Source of the DNA: Mycobacterium sp. | GTDB lineage: Bacteria; Actinomycetota; Actinomycetes; Mycobacteriales; Mycobacteriaceae | Length of the DNA: 64,000 nucleotides | NCBI GenBank assembly: GCA_036273805.1 | Contig: DASUGW010000070.1 | Coordinates: forward strand, 643-64,642 | Direction: 5' to 3' | In this document: piece after piece, positions 8,932 to 17,779 of the stretch | Layout: each line of letters opens with the position of its first letter | Position numbering within the stretch: the first letter of the stretch is position 1 | Program-made: the position numbers and the translations under genes | The notes under the pieces: model-generated | Databases searched by the model: none | Seen by the model: the letters and a program-made list of their open reading frames with translations, nothing else | What the model was told of the DNA's origin: nothing

Positions 8932-9933
8932 CTATACCCGAATCAGCATCTTTCCAATATTGGCCCCCGTGAACAGCCCATTGAGGCCCTCTACGCACGA
9001 TTCCAGGCCATTGAGAACCGTCTCCCGGTGCGTCAGCAGGCCTTGTGTCTCCCAGCGCCGCAAAGCGGCGTAGGCCTCGTCAAAACGGCCCCATTCATCG
9101 AGCGCGTTGAAGCCCTGCATCGTCGCGGTCTTGGCCAGAAGATTCACGTAATTCGCCGGGCCGGGGTGCTCGCCGGTGAGGTAGCTCGAGATGACGCCGC
9201 ACAACACCACGCGCGCCTTCGGAGCGAGCCGGCCCAGCACCGCGTCGAGGATGGGCCCGCCGACATTGTCGAAATACACATCGACGCCCTGTGGACAGTG
9301 CGCCTTGAGCGCAGCGGGCAGACCAGGCAGCCGGTAGTCGATACACGCATCGAACCCGAATTCGTCGACGACGAGCCTGCACTTCCCCGGACCGCCGGCA
9401 ATGCCCACCACCCGGGCGCCCGCGATCTTGGCGATCTGCCCGGCCACCGATCCCGTGGCGCCCGCCGCCGCTGATACCACGACCGTCTCCCCGGCCTGGG
9501 GCTTGCCCACGCCGACCATCCCGAAGTACGCCGTCGCCCCGGTCGGGCCGTACACCGACATCGCTGCGCGTTGGTCGAGTCCCTCGGCGACCGGCGTGCT
9601 GAACAAGTCGTCTCGGATGATCGAGTACTCCTGGAAGCCGGTCAACGTGGTGACGACGTCGCCCACCGCGAACGCGGCGCAACGCGACTCGACCACCTCC
9701 CCGATGCCGGCCGCGCGGATGACCTCTCCGATACCTACCGGCGGCAGGTAGCCCGGTTGGTCGTCCAGCCAAGTCCGCGCGGCGGCATCGATTCCGACGT
9801 AGGTGGTGCGCAGCAGCGCCTCACCATCGGCGGGCTGGGGTGCGGGAGTGCCGACCATCTCGACATCGCCGGGCCCGACCAAGCCGGTCGGGCGTCGGCG
9901 CAGGACGATTTGATGGTTGGTGCGATCGGCCAT
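8932..9933 (-). CDS. NADP-dependent oxidoreductase (MDR family, prostaglandin reductase/CurA-like)
   Basis: TAYFG, VVVSAAAGATGS, DVYFDNVGG, LCGVIS, GANIGK. Confidence 0.92.
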   Translation of the reverse strand: MADRTNHQIVLRRRPTGLVGPGDVEMVGTPAPQPADGEALLRTTYVGIDAAARTWLDDQPGYLPPVGIGEVIRAAGIGEVVESRCAAFAVGDVVTTLTGFQEYSIIRDDLFSTPVAEGLDQRAAMSVYGPTGATAYFGMVGVGKPQAGETVVVSAAAGATGSVAGQIAKIAGARVVGIAGGPGKCRLVVDEFGFDACIDYRLPGLPAALKAHCPQGVDVYFDNVGGPILDAVLGRLAPKARVVLCGVISSYLTGEHPGPANYVNLLAKTATMQGFNALDEWGRFDEAYAALRRWETQGLLTHRETVLNGLESCVEGLNGLFTGANIGKMLIRV

Positions 9934-9947
9934 GCTGGCCGAAATTA

Positions 9948-9988
9948 CCTGAGCCGCAGTAAATTCGGATCAGAACTGCGGACCCAGG
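9948..9988. terminator. Imperfect inverted repeat downstream of tpx (possible terminator)
   Basis: cctg..ccgcagt / actgcgg..cagg arms. Confidence 0.4.
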
Positions 9989-10011
9989 CAAAGTTTGTGA
10001 TCGGGCGGGAA

Positions 10012-10503
10012 TCAGCCCAGCGCGGACAGCGCTGCGCTGTAGTCGGGCTCCTGGGCGATCTCGGGCACGAGCTCGGCGTAAGCCACGTTGCCGTCGGCGC
10101 CGACCACGACGACCGCACGACCGAGCAGTCCGGCCATCGGACCGTCGGTGATGGTGATGCCGTAGTCCTTGCCGAAGCTATCCCGGAACCCCGACGCGGC
10201 GGTGACGTTCTCGATGTCCTCGGCGCCGCAGAACCGCTTCTGGGCGAACGGCAGATCGTTGGACACGCACAGCACGACCGCGCCGGCAGCCGCCTGCTCG
10301 TTGAACGTGCGGACGCTGGTGGCGCACACCGGTGTGTCGATGGACGGGAAGATGTTCAACAGGAAGGGCTTGCCCTGGAACTGCTCGCTGCTGACCGTTC
10401 CCAGATCGGTGCCCGTCAGGGTGAAAGCCGGTGCCGGCGATCCGACAGCGGGCAGTTCACCGACGGTGTTGATCGCATTTCCACGCAAGGTTATCTGTGC
10501 CAT
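10012..10503 (-). CDS. tpx: Thiol peroxidase Tpx
   Basis: NIFPSIDTPVCATSVRTFN, DLPFAQKRFCGAE, EIAQEPDY. Confidence 0.97.
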   Translation of the reverse strand: MAQITLRGNAINTVGELPAVGSPAPAFTLTGTDLGTVSSEQFQGKPFLLNIFPSIDTPVCATSVRTFNEQAAAGAVVLCVSNDLPFAQKRFCGAEDIENVTAASGFRDSFGKDYGITITDGPMAGLLGRAVVVVGADGNVAYAELVPEIAQEPDYSAALSALG

Positions 10504-10528
10504 GGGCACAGTCTGCCAAGCCCGTTCG

Positions 10529-11128
10529 TCAGGCGATGATGCGGGTCAGGTACGGCGTCATCCCGTTGGTGCGCACCGGGGAAACGGTGACGGCGTCGCC
10601 GACCTCGACCATCTGCCCGTTGCCCAGGAACAGCGCCACACTCTGAGTGCCGTCGGGGCCGTAGAAGATGAGATCACCCGGCAGTGCCTGTGCCGGAAGA
10701 ACCTTCATGCCCGCGTTGTACTGCTGCCCGGAGGTGCGGGGCAGCTTCACCCCGGCTGCGGCGAATGCGTAGACCATCAGCCCCGAGGCATCGAATCCGA
10801 CGACGTCGGGCTGTGCCGGCACCGGCGCGGGCGCGGGTGCCGGCAGGATCCCGGCGAGTAGACCCGGTTGAGCCGTGGTGGCCGACTGCTGCTCGATCTG
10901 AGCGGTGGCGGGCGCGGCGGGTGTCGCGGGGTGTCCGAGGGACGGGCCGTTGGCGTTGCCGCCGCCATAGGCGAACGGCACACCGCGCTGCGAAAGAGCG
11001 CGTGCGATAACGGCATCGACGAACTTCTGGTTACCCGGTGGCCGGGCGGCCGGGTCGGCGATCGCAATCGCGGGCGCCGCCGCCAGCATCAGGACGAGAC
11101 TGATTGCGGTGATGACGATGCGTTTCAT
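10529..11128 (-). CDS. ripD: RipD-like non-catalytic NlpC/P60 peptidoglycan-binding protein
   Basis: Signal peptide; SQRGVPFAYGGG; GFDASGL (catalytic Cys to Ala) and TQSVALF (His to Ser), the substitutions known for Rv1566c RipD. Confidence 0.85.
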   Translation of the reverse strand: MKRIVITAISLVLMLAAAPAIAIADPAARPPGNQKFVDAVIARALSQRGVPFAYGGGNANGPSLGHPATPAAPATAQIEQQSATTAQPGLLAGILPAPAPAPVPAQPDVVGFDASGLMVYAFAAAGVKLPRTSGQQYNAGMKVLPAQALPGDLIFYGPDGTQSVALFLGNGQMVEVGDAVTVSPVRTNGMTPYLTRIIA

Positions 11129-11226
11129 GCGTGTGGGTCCTTCTCCTACGGTGCGATCCGCTGACATCCACTTTTACCAAGCGGGTCCGGCACCGTGCCA
11201 ATTGCGCAGTGCCACAACGCCGATGC

Positions 11227-11253
11227 GTCGCCATACCGTGACCGAACGGTTAC
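11227..11253 (-). promoter_or_regulatory. SigD-like promoter overlapping a GTnAC-N6-GTnAC (MtrA/GlnR-type) box upstream of ripD
   Basis: Minus strand GTAACC-N17-CGAC; also GTAAC-cgttcg-GTCAC direct repeat at 11238-11253. Confidence 0.4.
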
Positions 11254-11303
11254 CGGGCGGGGGTATTCGGGCGTTTTTGTGATAGAGGGACCGGTTTGCG
11301 GAG

Positions 11304-12083
11304 TTACTTCTTGCGCTCCCGCACTTTGTACGTCGAGGGCCACGACAACCGTGACTCGTCGCCGACCAGTGGCACGCCGGCGCCGCCCACCTTGATGTCG
11401 TACGCCTCCTGGCCGCCGCCCACTTCCCGAGTCGCATGCTCACGTGCCAAGTAGTACAACTCGTCGATGGTCGCCTCGCTGTAGGCGACGAACGTGGTCT
11501 TGCGCACGGTATCGGGTGACAATGACATCCGGTCGGGCAGAATGCGCGACGCCAGCGCGCCAATTCCCAAGAGGGAGAAAGGAATTACCCAATAGAACAC
11601 GAACGACAGCGGAGTCTTGGTGTCGAGTATGGTCGCGTCGCCCTGCAGTATCGGCGGGATGGCCGAGGACACCGTCATGCCTGCGAACACGGCCACCCAG
11701 ATCCACGTGAGCCGCGTGGTGATCTGTGCGAACAGATCGCTTTCGACGACTTCCGGTGGCTGACCGGCCTCGGCGAACTCGCGCACGAACGGTTTCCCGG
11801 CCAGTACTCCGGCCAGCGCCACTGCAAAGATGCCGGCGTTGCTCAGTGGTTGAATCCAGCGCTCCATGAACGCCTGGCTGAGCGTGAAGGTCAGCACGGT
11901 CAGGACGACGAAGGTGAGCACCGCCCCGACCTGTAGCGTCCGGCCCGGCGCGTTGGTGCGCCACCCCAGTGCGAACATCGCGATCGCGATCGCCAGCGCG
12001 ATCAGGACAGCGGTCGTGAACGGGACGTTGCCGACCAGAACCCAGTAGACGATCCACGGCGCGAAGCCATACAAAATTCCCAC
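11304..12083 (-). CDS. Conserved hypothetical integral membrane protein
   Basis: About 6 hydrophobic segments, GKPFVREFA motif, soluble C-tail; TAGACT -10 just upstream. Confidence 0.8.
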   Translation of the reverse strand: MGILYGFAPWIVYWVLVGNVPFTTAVLIALAIAIAMFALGWRTNAPGRTLQVGAVLTFVVLTVLTFTLSQAFMERWIQPLSNAGIFAVALAGVLAGKPFVREFAEAGQPPEVVESDLFAQITTRLTWIWVAVFAGMTVSSAIPPILQGDATILDTKTPLSFVFYWVIPFSLLGIGALASRILPDRMSLSPDTVRKTTFVAYSEATIDELYYLAREHATREVGGGQEAYDIKVGGAGVPLVGDESRLSWPSTYKVRERKK

Positions 12084-12113
12084 GATGTGTAAGTCTAGGA
12101 AACGCCCTCGCGC

Positions 12114-12857
12114 TTACAGTCGCGACGCGGCGAAGTCCGCCGCCTGATCCACCATTCCGGTTACGACGTAGAGGCTGTGCGCTATCGGGTTGCCGCCGCC
12201 CGAGCAGATGAAGTCGCCGGGTTCGCACTGGTCGATGGTCTTGTCGGCGAACCGGCTGTCGATGGTGATGGGCGGCAGTCCCAGGGAACCCAGAAATTCG
12301 TTCGAGGGCTTGCCGAAGAACGCGACCGCGGCGATGCGGTCGGCGACGTTCTTGGGCAGCGGCCCGACCAGGTTCTGCGGGATCGCGCCGTTGGGCGGCA
12401 GTTGATCGGTCAGCGAGTACCCGATCACCGCGGCGCCCTGCGAATAGCCACCCAGCACGATCCGGGCGTTCGGACAGGTGCCGGCCAGCGTGCGCACCTC
12501 GGTGTCCACGTCGGCGATGCCCTGCGCGCCCGCCGGGAAGTCCATGCTGGCCGGGTAGTCGACCGCGTGTACGGCAAGGGGGCGTTCGCCGATTCGGGAT
12601 CGCAGATCGTTGACGAACGTCTGGCCCAGCCCACCGGTGCCCGCGGGTTCGTTGGTGCCGCGAGCGAAGACCACCTGCACATCAGGACACGGGTCCGCCA
12701 TCGCGATCGCGGGCGCCAGGGGCGTGGCCAACGCCGTGCTGACCGCCGCCGCCACGACGCCGAACAGTAGGGCGACGGCGGCGCGGCATGGCCCGCCGGG
12801 TGTCGTTGAACCCGCCCCGTTCCGAGCGGCATTCGCGGTGCTGCTGATGGCGTTGAT
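12114..12857 (-). CDS. Cutinase-like protein (secreted)
   Basis: CPDVQVVFARGT, VDYPAS, GGYSQGA, CEPGDFIC, AHSLY; first canonical start 12755, but frame is open to an SD-preceded ATC at 12857 that completes the signal peptide. Confidence 0.88.
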   Translation of the reverse strand: MNAISSTANAARNGAGSTTPGGPCRAAVALLFGVVAAAVSTALATPLAPAIAMADPCPDVQVVFARGTNEPAGTGGLGQTFVNDLRSRIGERPLAVHAVDYPASMDFPAGAQGIADVDTEVRTLAGTCPNARIVLGGYSQGAAVIGYSLTDQLPPNGAIPQNLVGPLPKNVADRIAAVAFFGKPSNEFLGSLGLPPITIDSRFADKTIDQCEPGDFICSGGGNPIAHSLYVVTGMVDQAADFAASRL

Positions 12858-12904
12858 GGTGATTCCTCACTCGTGGTCATCCCCGACCGGGCACTACGGC
12901 GATC

Positions 12905-13834
12905 CTACGGTTGCAGCACCACCTTGATTGCTCCCCCGGCCCGGTCTGCCGCGACCCGGAATGCCTCTGTGGCATCGGCAAGTGGAAAACGGTGTGTCAC
13001 AACGGTTGCCGCGATCTCGGGATCTGCCGCAAGAGCCTCCGCGGCCTCCGCGAACTCGTGCGCGCCATGCGGGCGCCCGTAACAGAAGCTGGCGAACACC
13101 GACAGTTCGTTCATCAGGAAGGGCAACCCGGCCAGCGTGACGTCGCCGTAGTTGACGCCGACGACCGCGATCCGTCCGCCGGGCGCGGCGTGTTCCACGC
13201 AGGCGGCCAACGCCGCGTTGCTACCGACGGCTTCCACAGTGATGTCGTACTTGCCCGAGGGCTGCCCCGCGCCCAGCCGTTCGCCGGCCGCGATCTGATG
13301 TGGGTGACGCGCCTGCAGATCGACCGACAGGCCCATGGCACGGGCCGCCGCGACCGCCAATAGGCCCACACTGCCGCCCCCGACGACCAGCACTCGCTCC
13401 CCGGCGACGGCGGATGCCTGGCGCAATGCGTGCCAGCACACGGCCATCGGTTCGACCAGCGACGCATCGGCCATCGGCAGGCCCGCCGGCACCGGCACGA
13501 GACTGGTGGGCGGTACCGCGATGCGGTCGGCAAGGCCGCCGTCGAAGGCGACGCCGATCAGACCGTGCGGCCCGGTGCCCCGGCATCGGGCGGTGGCGCC
13601 CACCCGGCACTGGTCGCACTCACCGCAGAACACCGTCGGCTCCACGCAGTACGGCACCCCGTCGACGGTGCCCGCGATCTCGTGGCCCAGCGTGAATCCC
13701 AGTCCAAGGTTCAGCAGCGTGAAGTCGCTGCCGCAGATGCTGACCGAACTGACCTGCAATACCGGCCAGTCCCCCGCCGGTTCGTCGACGTCGACCACTG
13801 TTGCCGCCCCGTCGACCGCTCGCACCGCGCGCAT
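12905..13834 (-). CDS. Zinc-binding alcohol dehydrogenase
   Basis: ICGSD, GHE, CGECDQC...C structural zinc site, GGGSVG; ATG 13834 after AAGGGG. Confidence 0.92.
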   Translation of the reverse strand: MRAVRAVDGAATVVDVDEPAGDWPVLQVSSVSICGSDFTLLNLGLGFTLGHEIAGTVDGVPYCVEPTVFCGECDQCRVGATARCRGTGPHGLIGVAFDGGLADRIAVPPTSLVPVPAGLPMADASLVEPMAVCWHALRQASAVAGERVLVVGGGSVGLLAVAAARAMGLSVDLQARHPHQIAAGERLGAGQPSGKYDITVEAVGSNAALAACVEHAAPGGRIAVVGVNYGDVTLAGLPFLMNELSVFASFCYGRPHGAHEFAEAAEALAADPEIAATVVTHRFPLADATEAFRVAADRAGGAIKVVLQP

Positions 13835-13860
13835 TTGCCGCCCCTTCCGCTTCTGTGCCG

Positions 13861-14832
13861 TTACCCCGCGACCGCGGCGTGCAGGCGATCGCGCCACCAC
13901 GCCTCCCGGGCCGAATCGGTGATCCGGCACCGCTGCAACCGTGCAGGGTCAGGGCGCGGTGGCATCGGCGCCACCGGCAGGTAACCGTCCACGGGGATCA
14001 GCGACCGCGCCTCGGACACCACGTCGTCGACCAACTGCGTCGCGGTGCCCAGGGCACAGGCGAACGGTAACTCGGGCAGTGCGCCCGCGAGCGCGATCCC
14101 GGCGGACAGGCCGATGCTGGTCTCCCCCGCCGAGGACACCACACACGGCAGTCCGGTGCGTTCGGCGAACCGCAGCGCCCGGCGCACCCCGCCCAGCGGT
14201 GCGCAGCGCAGCACCACCACGTCGGCCGCCGTTGCGATCGCGGCTGGCTCGGCGCGGGACCGGTCAGCGAGCAGGGCCGCCTCGACGGCGACGGGGACAT
14301 CGACGGCGGCACGTACCATCACGGTTTCGTCGAGCGTCCGGGAGGGTGCGGCGACATACTGCAGGCCACCCGCCGCAGTCGCGAGCGCGGGGATAGCTGC
14401 GATGGCGGTGTCGGGGTCCCAGCGCTGCCCGGCGTCACAGCGCAACGCGCCGGATGGCCCCAATGCGGACCGGACGGCTGCGAGTCGCTCGATGTCGGCA
14501 GCCTGTGGACCCTCGCCGACGCTCACCTCGGCTGTCCGGCATCCGGACGCAGCCACGATGTCGTAGGCCTCCTGAGGGTCCACCGCTCCGACGGTGACCG
14601 CCACGGGCACTCGGCCCCGCACGGCGTCCGGCCAGCCGATGGTGCCGGCTTCCGTCGCGGCGGTGAACCAATTGGCCACTTCGGCGACATCGGCGGATGC
14701 GGGCGGGCTGAACTCGCCCCAGCCCTGCGCACCCTCGATGAGCACACCTTCGTGCACCGCAGCCCGGCCGGTGCCGTCATGCACTGCGATCGCGAACACC
14801 GGTGCACCGTCGACCTCGATCAGCGTCCTCAC
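13861..14832 (-). CDS. Enolase-superfamily o-succinylbenzoate synthase (MenC)-like protein with degenerate active site
   Basis: IEGAQGWGEFSP, RGRVPVAVTV, APLGG, VVSSA, LPFACALGT, WWRDRL match actinobacterial MenC; catalytic motifs altered. Confidence 0.8.
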   Translation of the reverse strand: MRTLIEVDGAPVFAIAVHDGTGRAAVHEGVLIEGAQGWGEFSPPASADVAEVANWFTAATEAGTIGWPDAVRGRVPVAVTVGAVDPQEAYDIVAASGCRTAEVSVGEGPQAADIERLAAVRSALGPSGALRCDAGQRWDPDTAIAAIPALATAAGGLQYVAAPSRTLDETVMVRAAVDVPVAVEAALLADRSRAEPAAIATAADVVVLRCAPLGGVRRALRFAERTGLPCVVSSAGETSIGLSAGIALAGALPELPFACALGTATQLVDDVVSEARSLIPVDGYLPVAPMPPRPDPARLQRCRITDSAREAWWRDRLHAAVAG

Positions 14833-14943
14833 AAGACGAAGACGCTAACCCGTGGTGCATGCCGAGATTACGTGCAGGGCGGTGATCAGCCGACAATCCA
14901 CGACCCTCCACGTAATTTCGACGGCACCAGGTGGCACCGGTTG

Positions 14944-15318
14944 CTACGGGTGGACGTCCACGCAGCCCATGCCGTTGACGCAGCCCGACCCACCGCCGGG
15001 ACCGCCACCGCCGCCGCCGACACCGGGAATGTTGCCGCTGCCGCCGCCGGGTCCGCCGCCGCCGGTCGGGCCGCCCGGAATGGCGCCGCCCCCACCTTCG
15101 GGTCCGCCGCCGCCCGTCGGGCCCATCGGTGCCGTCTCGGTGCCGGTGTCGGTGGGCATCGGCGACTCGACGGCCGGGCTCTCGGTGGTGGTGGTTGTTG
15201 TCGTTGTGGTGGTCGTGGTCGTGGGCGATTCGTTGTTGTTGCTGCTGCAGCCGACGGTCAGCGCCAGCGCGGCCGCGCCGCTGAACAGAACGACTGCAGC
15301 CTTCGACTTCACTGTCAT
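14944..15318 (-). CDS. Small Thr-rich, Gly/Pro-rich lipoprotein
   Basis: Lipobox LTVGC; poly-Thr run; GGP repeats; terminal GCVNGMGC; GAGG SD. Confidence 0.8.
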   Translation of the reverse strand: MTVKSKAAVVLFSGAAALALTVGCSSNNNESPTTTTTTTTTTTTTESPAVESPMPTDTGTETAPMGPTGGGGPEGGGGAIPGGPTGGGGPGGGSGNIPGVGGGGGGPGGGSGCVNGMGCVDVHP

Positions 15319-15347
15319 CAGAACCTCACTATCGGTAGGCCCGGCTT

Positions 15348-15374
15348 GTACCCCGGATCACCACGGGCGCAAAC
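15348..15374 (-). promoter_or_regulatory. SigF-type promoter
   Basis: Minus strand GTTT-N17-GGGTAC about 30 nt upstream of the lipoprotein start; matches mycobacterial SigF consensus GTTT-N15-17-GGGTA. Confidence 0.65.
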
Positions 15375-15446
15375 GTGCCGAGAAATCCGGGCGGCGCCGC
15401 CGTAGGGTCTCAGACCGTGGTAGCAGCCTCATCCCAGAGCGACGCG

Positions 15447-15827
15447 GTGCAACTCGCCGTCAACGGCACGCTGATGCGCGGCCTCGTACTCAATCCCAAC
15501 CTGCTCGACGTCGGTGCCACGTTCGTGCACGAGACCACCACGGCGCCGTGCTATCGGCTATGGAGCATCGACGACGTGCACCCGGCGATGATCAGGCAGA
15601 CCGACGGATCCGGAGTGGCGGTTGCCGTGGAGGTGTGGAGCGTCCCACGGGCCGGGATCGCGTCGGTGCTGCTGGCCGAGCCGCCGGGGCTTTCGGTCGG
15701 AAAGGTCACCCTCGCCGACGGGTCGGTGGTGCTCGGCGTCATCGGTGAACCGTCCCTGGTCCAGGGGCAGCGTGAGATCACCGCGTATGGCGGCTGGCGC
15801 GCGTACACCGCGACCTTGCTGCCGTAA
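15447..15827 (+). CDS. Gamma-glutamylcyclotransferase-like protein (stand-alone allophanate hydrolase C-terminal-type domain)
   Basis: LAVNGTLMRGL, TAPCYRL, VAVEVW, EPPGLSVGKVTLADG, REITAYGGWRAY; start uncertain (15375-15447). Confidence 0.75.
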   Translation: MQLAVNGTLMRGLVLNPNLLDVGATFVHETTTAPCYRLWSIDDVHPAMIRQTDGSGVAVAVEVWSVPRAGIASVLLAEPPGLSVGKVTLADGSVVLGVIGEPSLVQGQREITAYGGWRAYTATLLP

Positions 15828-16520
15828 TCAGGCTGTCGCCGTCCCGCGGCCGGTGAGTTGGGCTGCGATCAGCGGGACGATCCGGTCCGCCAGGTAGACA
15901 TGGCCGGCGTCGGTGGGATGGACGCCGTCGCTGCCAATCAGCGACGGGGTGTCGAAGAACCACCGGGCGGCCAGCGGGTCGAAGAACGTCGCTCCGACCG
16001 TGTGCGCCTCGGCCGCCAGGATGTCGCGGATGTCAAGGATGTCGGCGGGTACCGCGGGTGTGGGCCACGGCGGTCCAATGACCAACATCCGGGCAGCCGG
16101 TGCGGTGCGGCGGGCCAGCGCGAACGCGTCGTGCACCTCGGATTGCAGCGTCTGCGGGTCTACCGGCTGGTCGTTGCGCGAGCCGAAGAACACCACCAGC
16201 GCATCGTCGGGGCGCACGGCGCGCGCGGTGAGATCCCCGAACACGCTGCCGTGGTTGCCGGCAACGCCGTAGCCCGCGCCGCCCTCGGCGGCGACGTCGG
16301 CGCTGACGTGCACCCCCTGGGCGCTCAGCAATTGCCAGGCCAGCGACGCCCAGCTGTTCGGTCCCTGACCGCCCATGTTGGTGCCAGTCGTGTAGGAGTC
16401 ACCGACCACGGCGACACGCGTCAGCGGCGTGCCCGAGGCTGTCGGCGGACCGAAAACCACCGTCACCACGGCAGCGAAGAGGAGGATCCCGCCCAAGGCG
16501 AGAGGACGTAGAAATTTCAC
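15828..16520 (-). CDS. SGNH/GDSL hydrolase (Rv0518-like), exported
   Basis: N-terminal signal/TM; GDSY, GGAGY, GSRND, DGVHP blocks; GTG 16520 overlaps acyltransferase stop. Confidence 0.9.
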   Translation of the reverse strand: MKFLRPLALGGILLFAAVVTVVFGPPTASGTPLTRVAVVGDSYTTGTNMGGQGPNSWASLAWQLLSAQGVHVSADVAAEGGAGYGVAGNHGSVFGDLTARAVRPDDALVVFFGSRNDQPVDPQTLQSEVHDAFALARRTAPAARMLVIGPPWPTPAVPADILDIRDILAAEAHTVGATFFDPLAARWFFDTPSLIGSDGVHPTDAGHVYLADRIVPLIAAQLTGRGTATA

Positions 16521-17779
16521 TGTGCAGGTACCAGTTCCCGGCGCTCGGCTGTTGTGGACGTCGGAGCCTCGCCCGCCCCAGCGATGGGGTCTGGGCCGGC
16601 TATCGGGTCTTCGGGACTGGGCCCGTCGTCGGCTATCTCGGAATCCTTGGGCACCTGGTGGTCGAGCATCCGGCGCATCCACTTGCGGGCCGGTTCTTCG
16701 ACGGCGTGATACAGCACCACCGACCCGACGAGGCTGACTGCGAACAGTCCCGCCACGATCAGCTTTCCGGTGCCGCCGCTCAGGGTCACCTCGAACTGCT
16801 GGGCCGCCCACAACCACGCGGTGTGCACCAGCTCGTGAATCATGTACAGGCAGAAGGAGATTTGGCCGCCGAACACCATCACCCGGGTGGCCAGCAGCGA
16901 GGGCAGCGTGCCGACACCGATCGACAGCGCTACCACCAACGGCATGAAGAACAGGTCTGCCACCCCGCCGCTGTCGATGACGCCGGGCAGCGGGTGCGCG
17001 TCGAACACGTAGATCAGCGCGACCATCGCGGCCACCAGAGCGATGGACACCACCCCGGCGGCCAGCTGGGCGCCATGCGCGGGCCGCAGCTTGCGGACGG
17101 CGGCGCAGGCCAGCGCGCCGGCCAGGAACTGCATCAGGATGCGGGGCAACCAGCTCCACGGGGTGTAGAAGTGGCCGCTGGTCAGCAGCAGTAACACCGG
17201 CGGAGTCGAGATGATGAAGGCAAGCAGCAGCAGGCTGCGCGCCCGGGTGATGTGCGCCATCCGGAAGACGACCAGCACGATGGCGCCGAACAGCAGGTAC
17301 GCCAGCCATTCCGCACTGATCGACCACGCGGGGCCGTCCCAGCTCGAGCCGTCGAAGAAGGGCTGGAACCACAGCTGCACCAGCGCCAGCTGACGGACGT
17401 AGCTGACGGCGTTGAACGGTGCGACGTCCTGCGTCGGCACATGACCTATGTAGAAGGTGAAGATCACCCACAGCAGTGCCAGGTGCAGCGTCACCAGGTA
17501 GACGGGCCAGACCCGGGCCAGGCGCAGCCACAGGAACCGCAGCGTGGTGCGCCCCGACCACGTGGCACCCATGGTGTCGAGGTAGTTCCAGGTCAGCACG
17601 AACCCGCTGAGGATGAAGAAGAGGTCCACACCCTGGGCGCCGCAGTTCAGTACCGGTGACAGCGCGCTGGCGAATCCCGGTGCCGCATCGTGCAGCAGGG
17701 GGCGGAAGTGGAACAGCACGACCCACAGTGCGGCGACGATGCGGAGCCCGGTCAGGGCCTTGATCTCTCCGCTGCGCAC
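16517..17779 (-). CDS. Acyltransferase-3 family membrane acyltransferase (Rv0517-like)
   Basis: LTGLRIVAALWVVLFH, GVDLFFILSGFVL, RLARVWP, WSISAEW, GQISFCLYMIH, VEEPAR. Confidence 0.92.
   Translation of the reverse strand: MRSGEIKALTGLRIVAALWVVLFHFRPLLHDAAPGFASALSPVLNCGAQGVDLFFILSGFVLTWNYLDTMGATWSGRTTLRFLWLRLARVWPVYLVTLHLALLWVIFTFYIGHVPTQDVAPFNAVSYVRQLALVQLWFQPFFDGSSWDGPAWSISAEWLAYLLFGAIVLVVFRMAHITRARSLLLLAFIISTPPVLLLLTSGHFYTPWSWLPRILMQFLAGALACAAVRKLRPAHGAQLAAGVVSIALVAAMVALIYVFDAHPLPGVIDSGGVADLFFMPLVVALSIGVGTLPSLLATRVMVFGGQISFCLYMIHELVHTAWLWAAQQFEVTLSGGTGKLIVAGLFAVSLVGSVVLYHAVEEPARKWMRRMLDHQVPKDSEIADDGPSPEDPIAGPDPIAGAGEAPTSTTAERRELVPAQ

Noticed and set aside
14852-15748. Pro/Val-rich plus-strand ORF (298 aa)
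   Set aside because: Antisense mirror of the Gly/Thr-rich lipoprotein, which has a lipobox, SD and SigF-type promoter
15828-17726. 632-aa ORF suggesting a long or fused SGNH protein
   Set aside because: The N-terminal 402 codons are an alternate frame of the acyltransferase; the true start is GTG 16520
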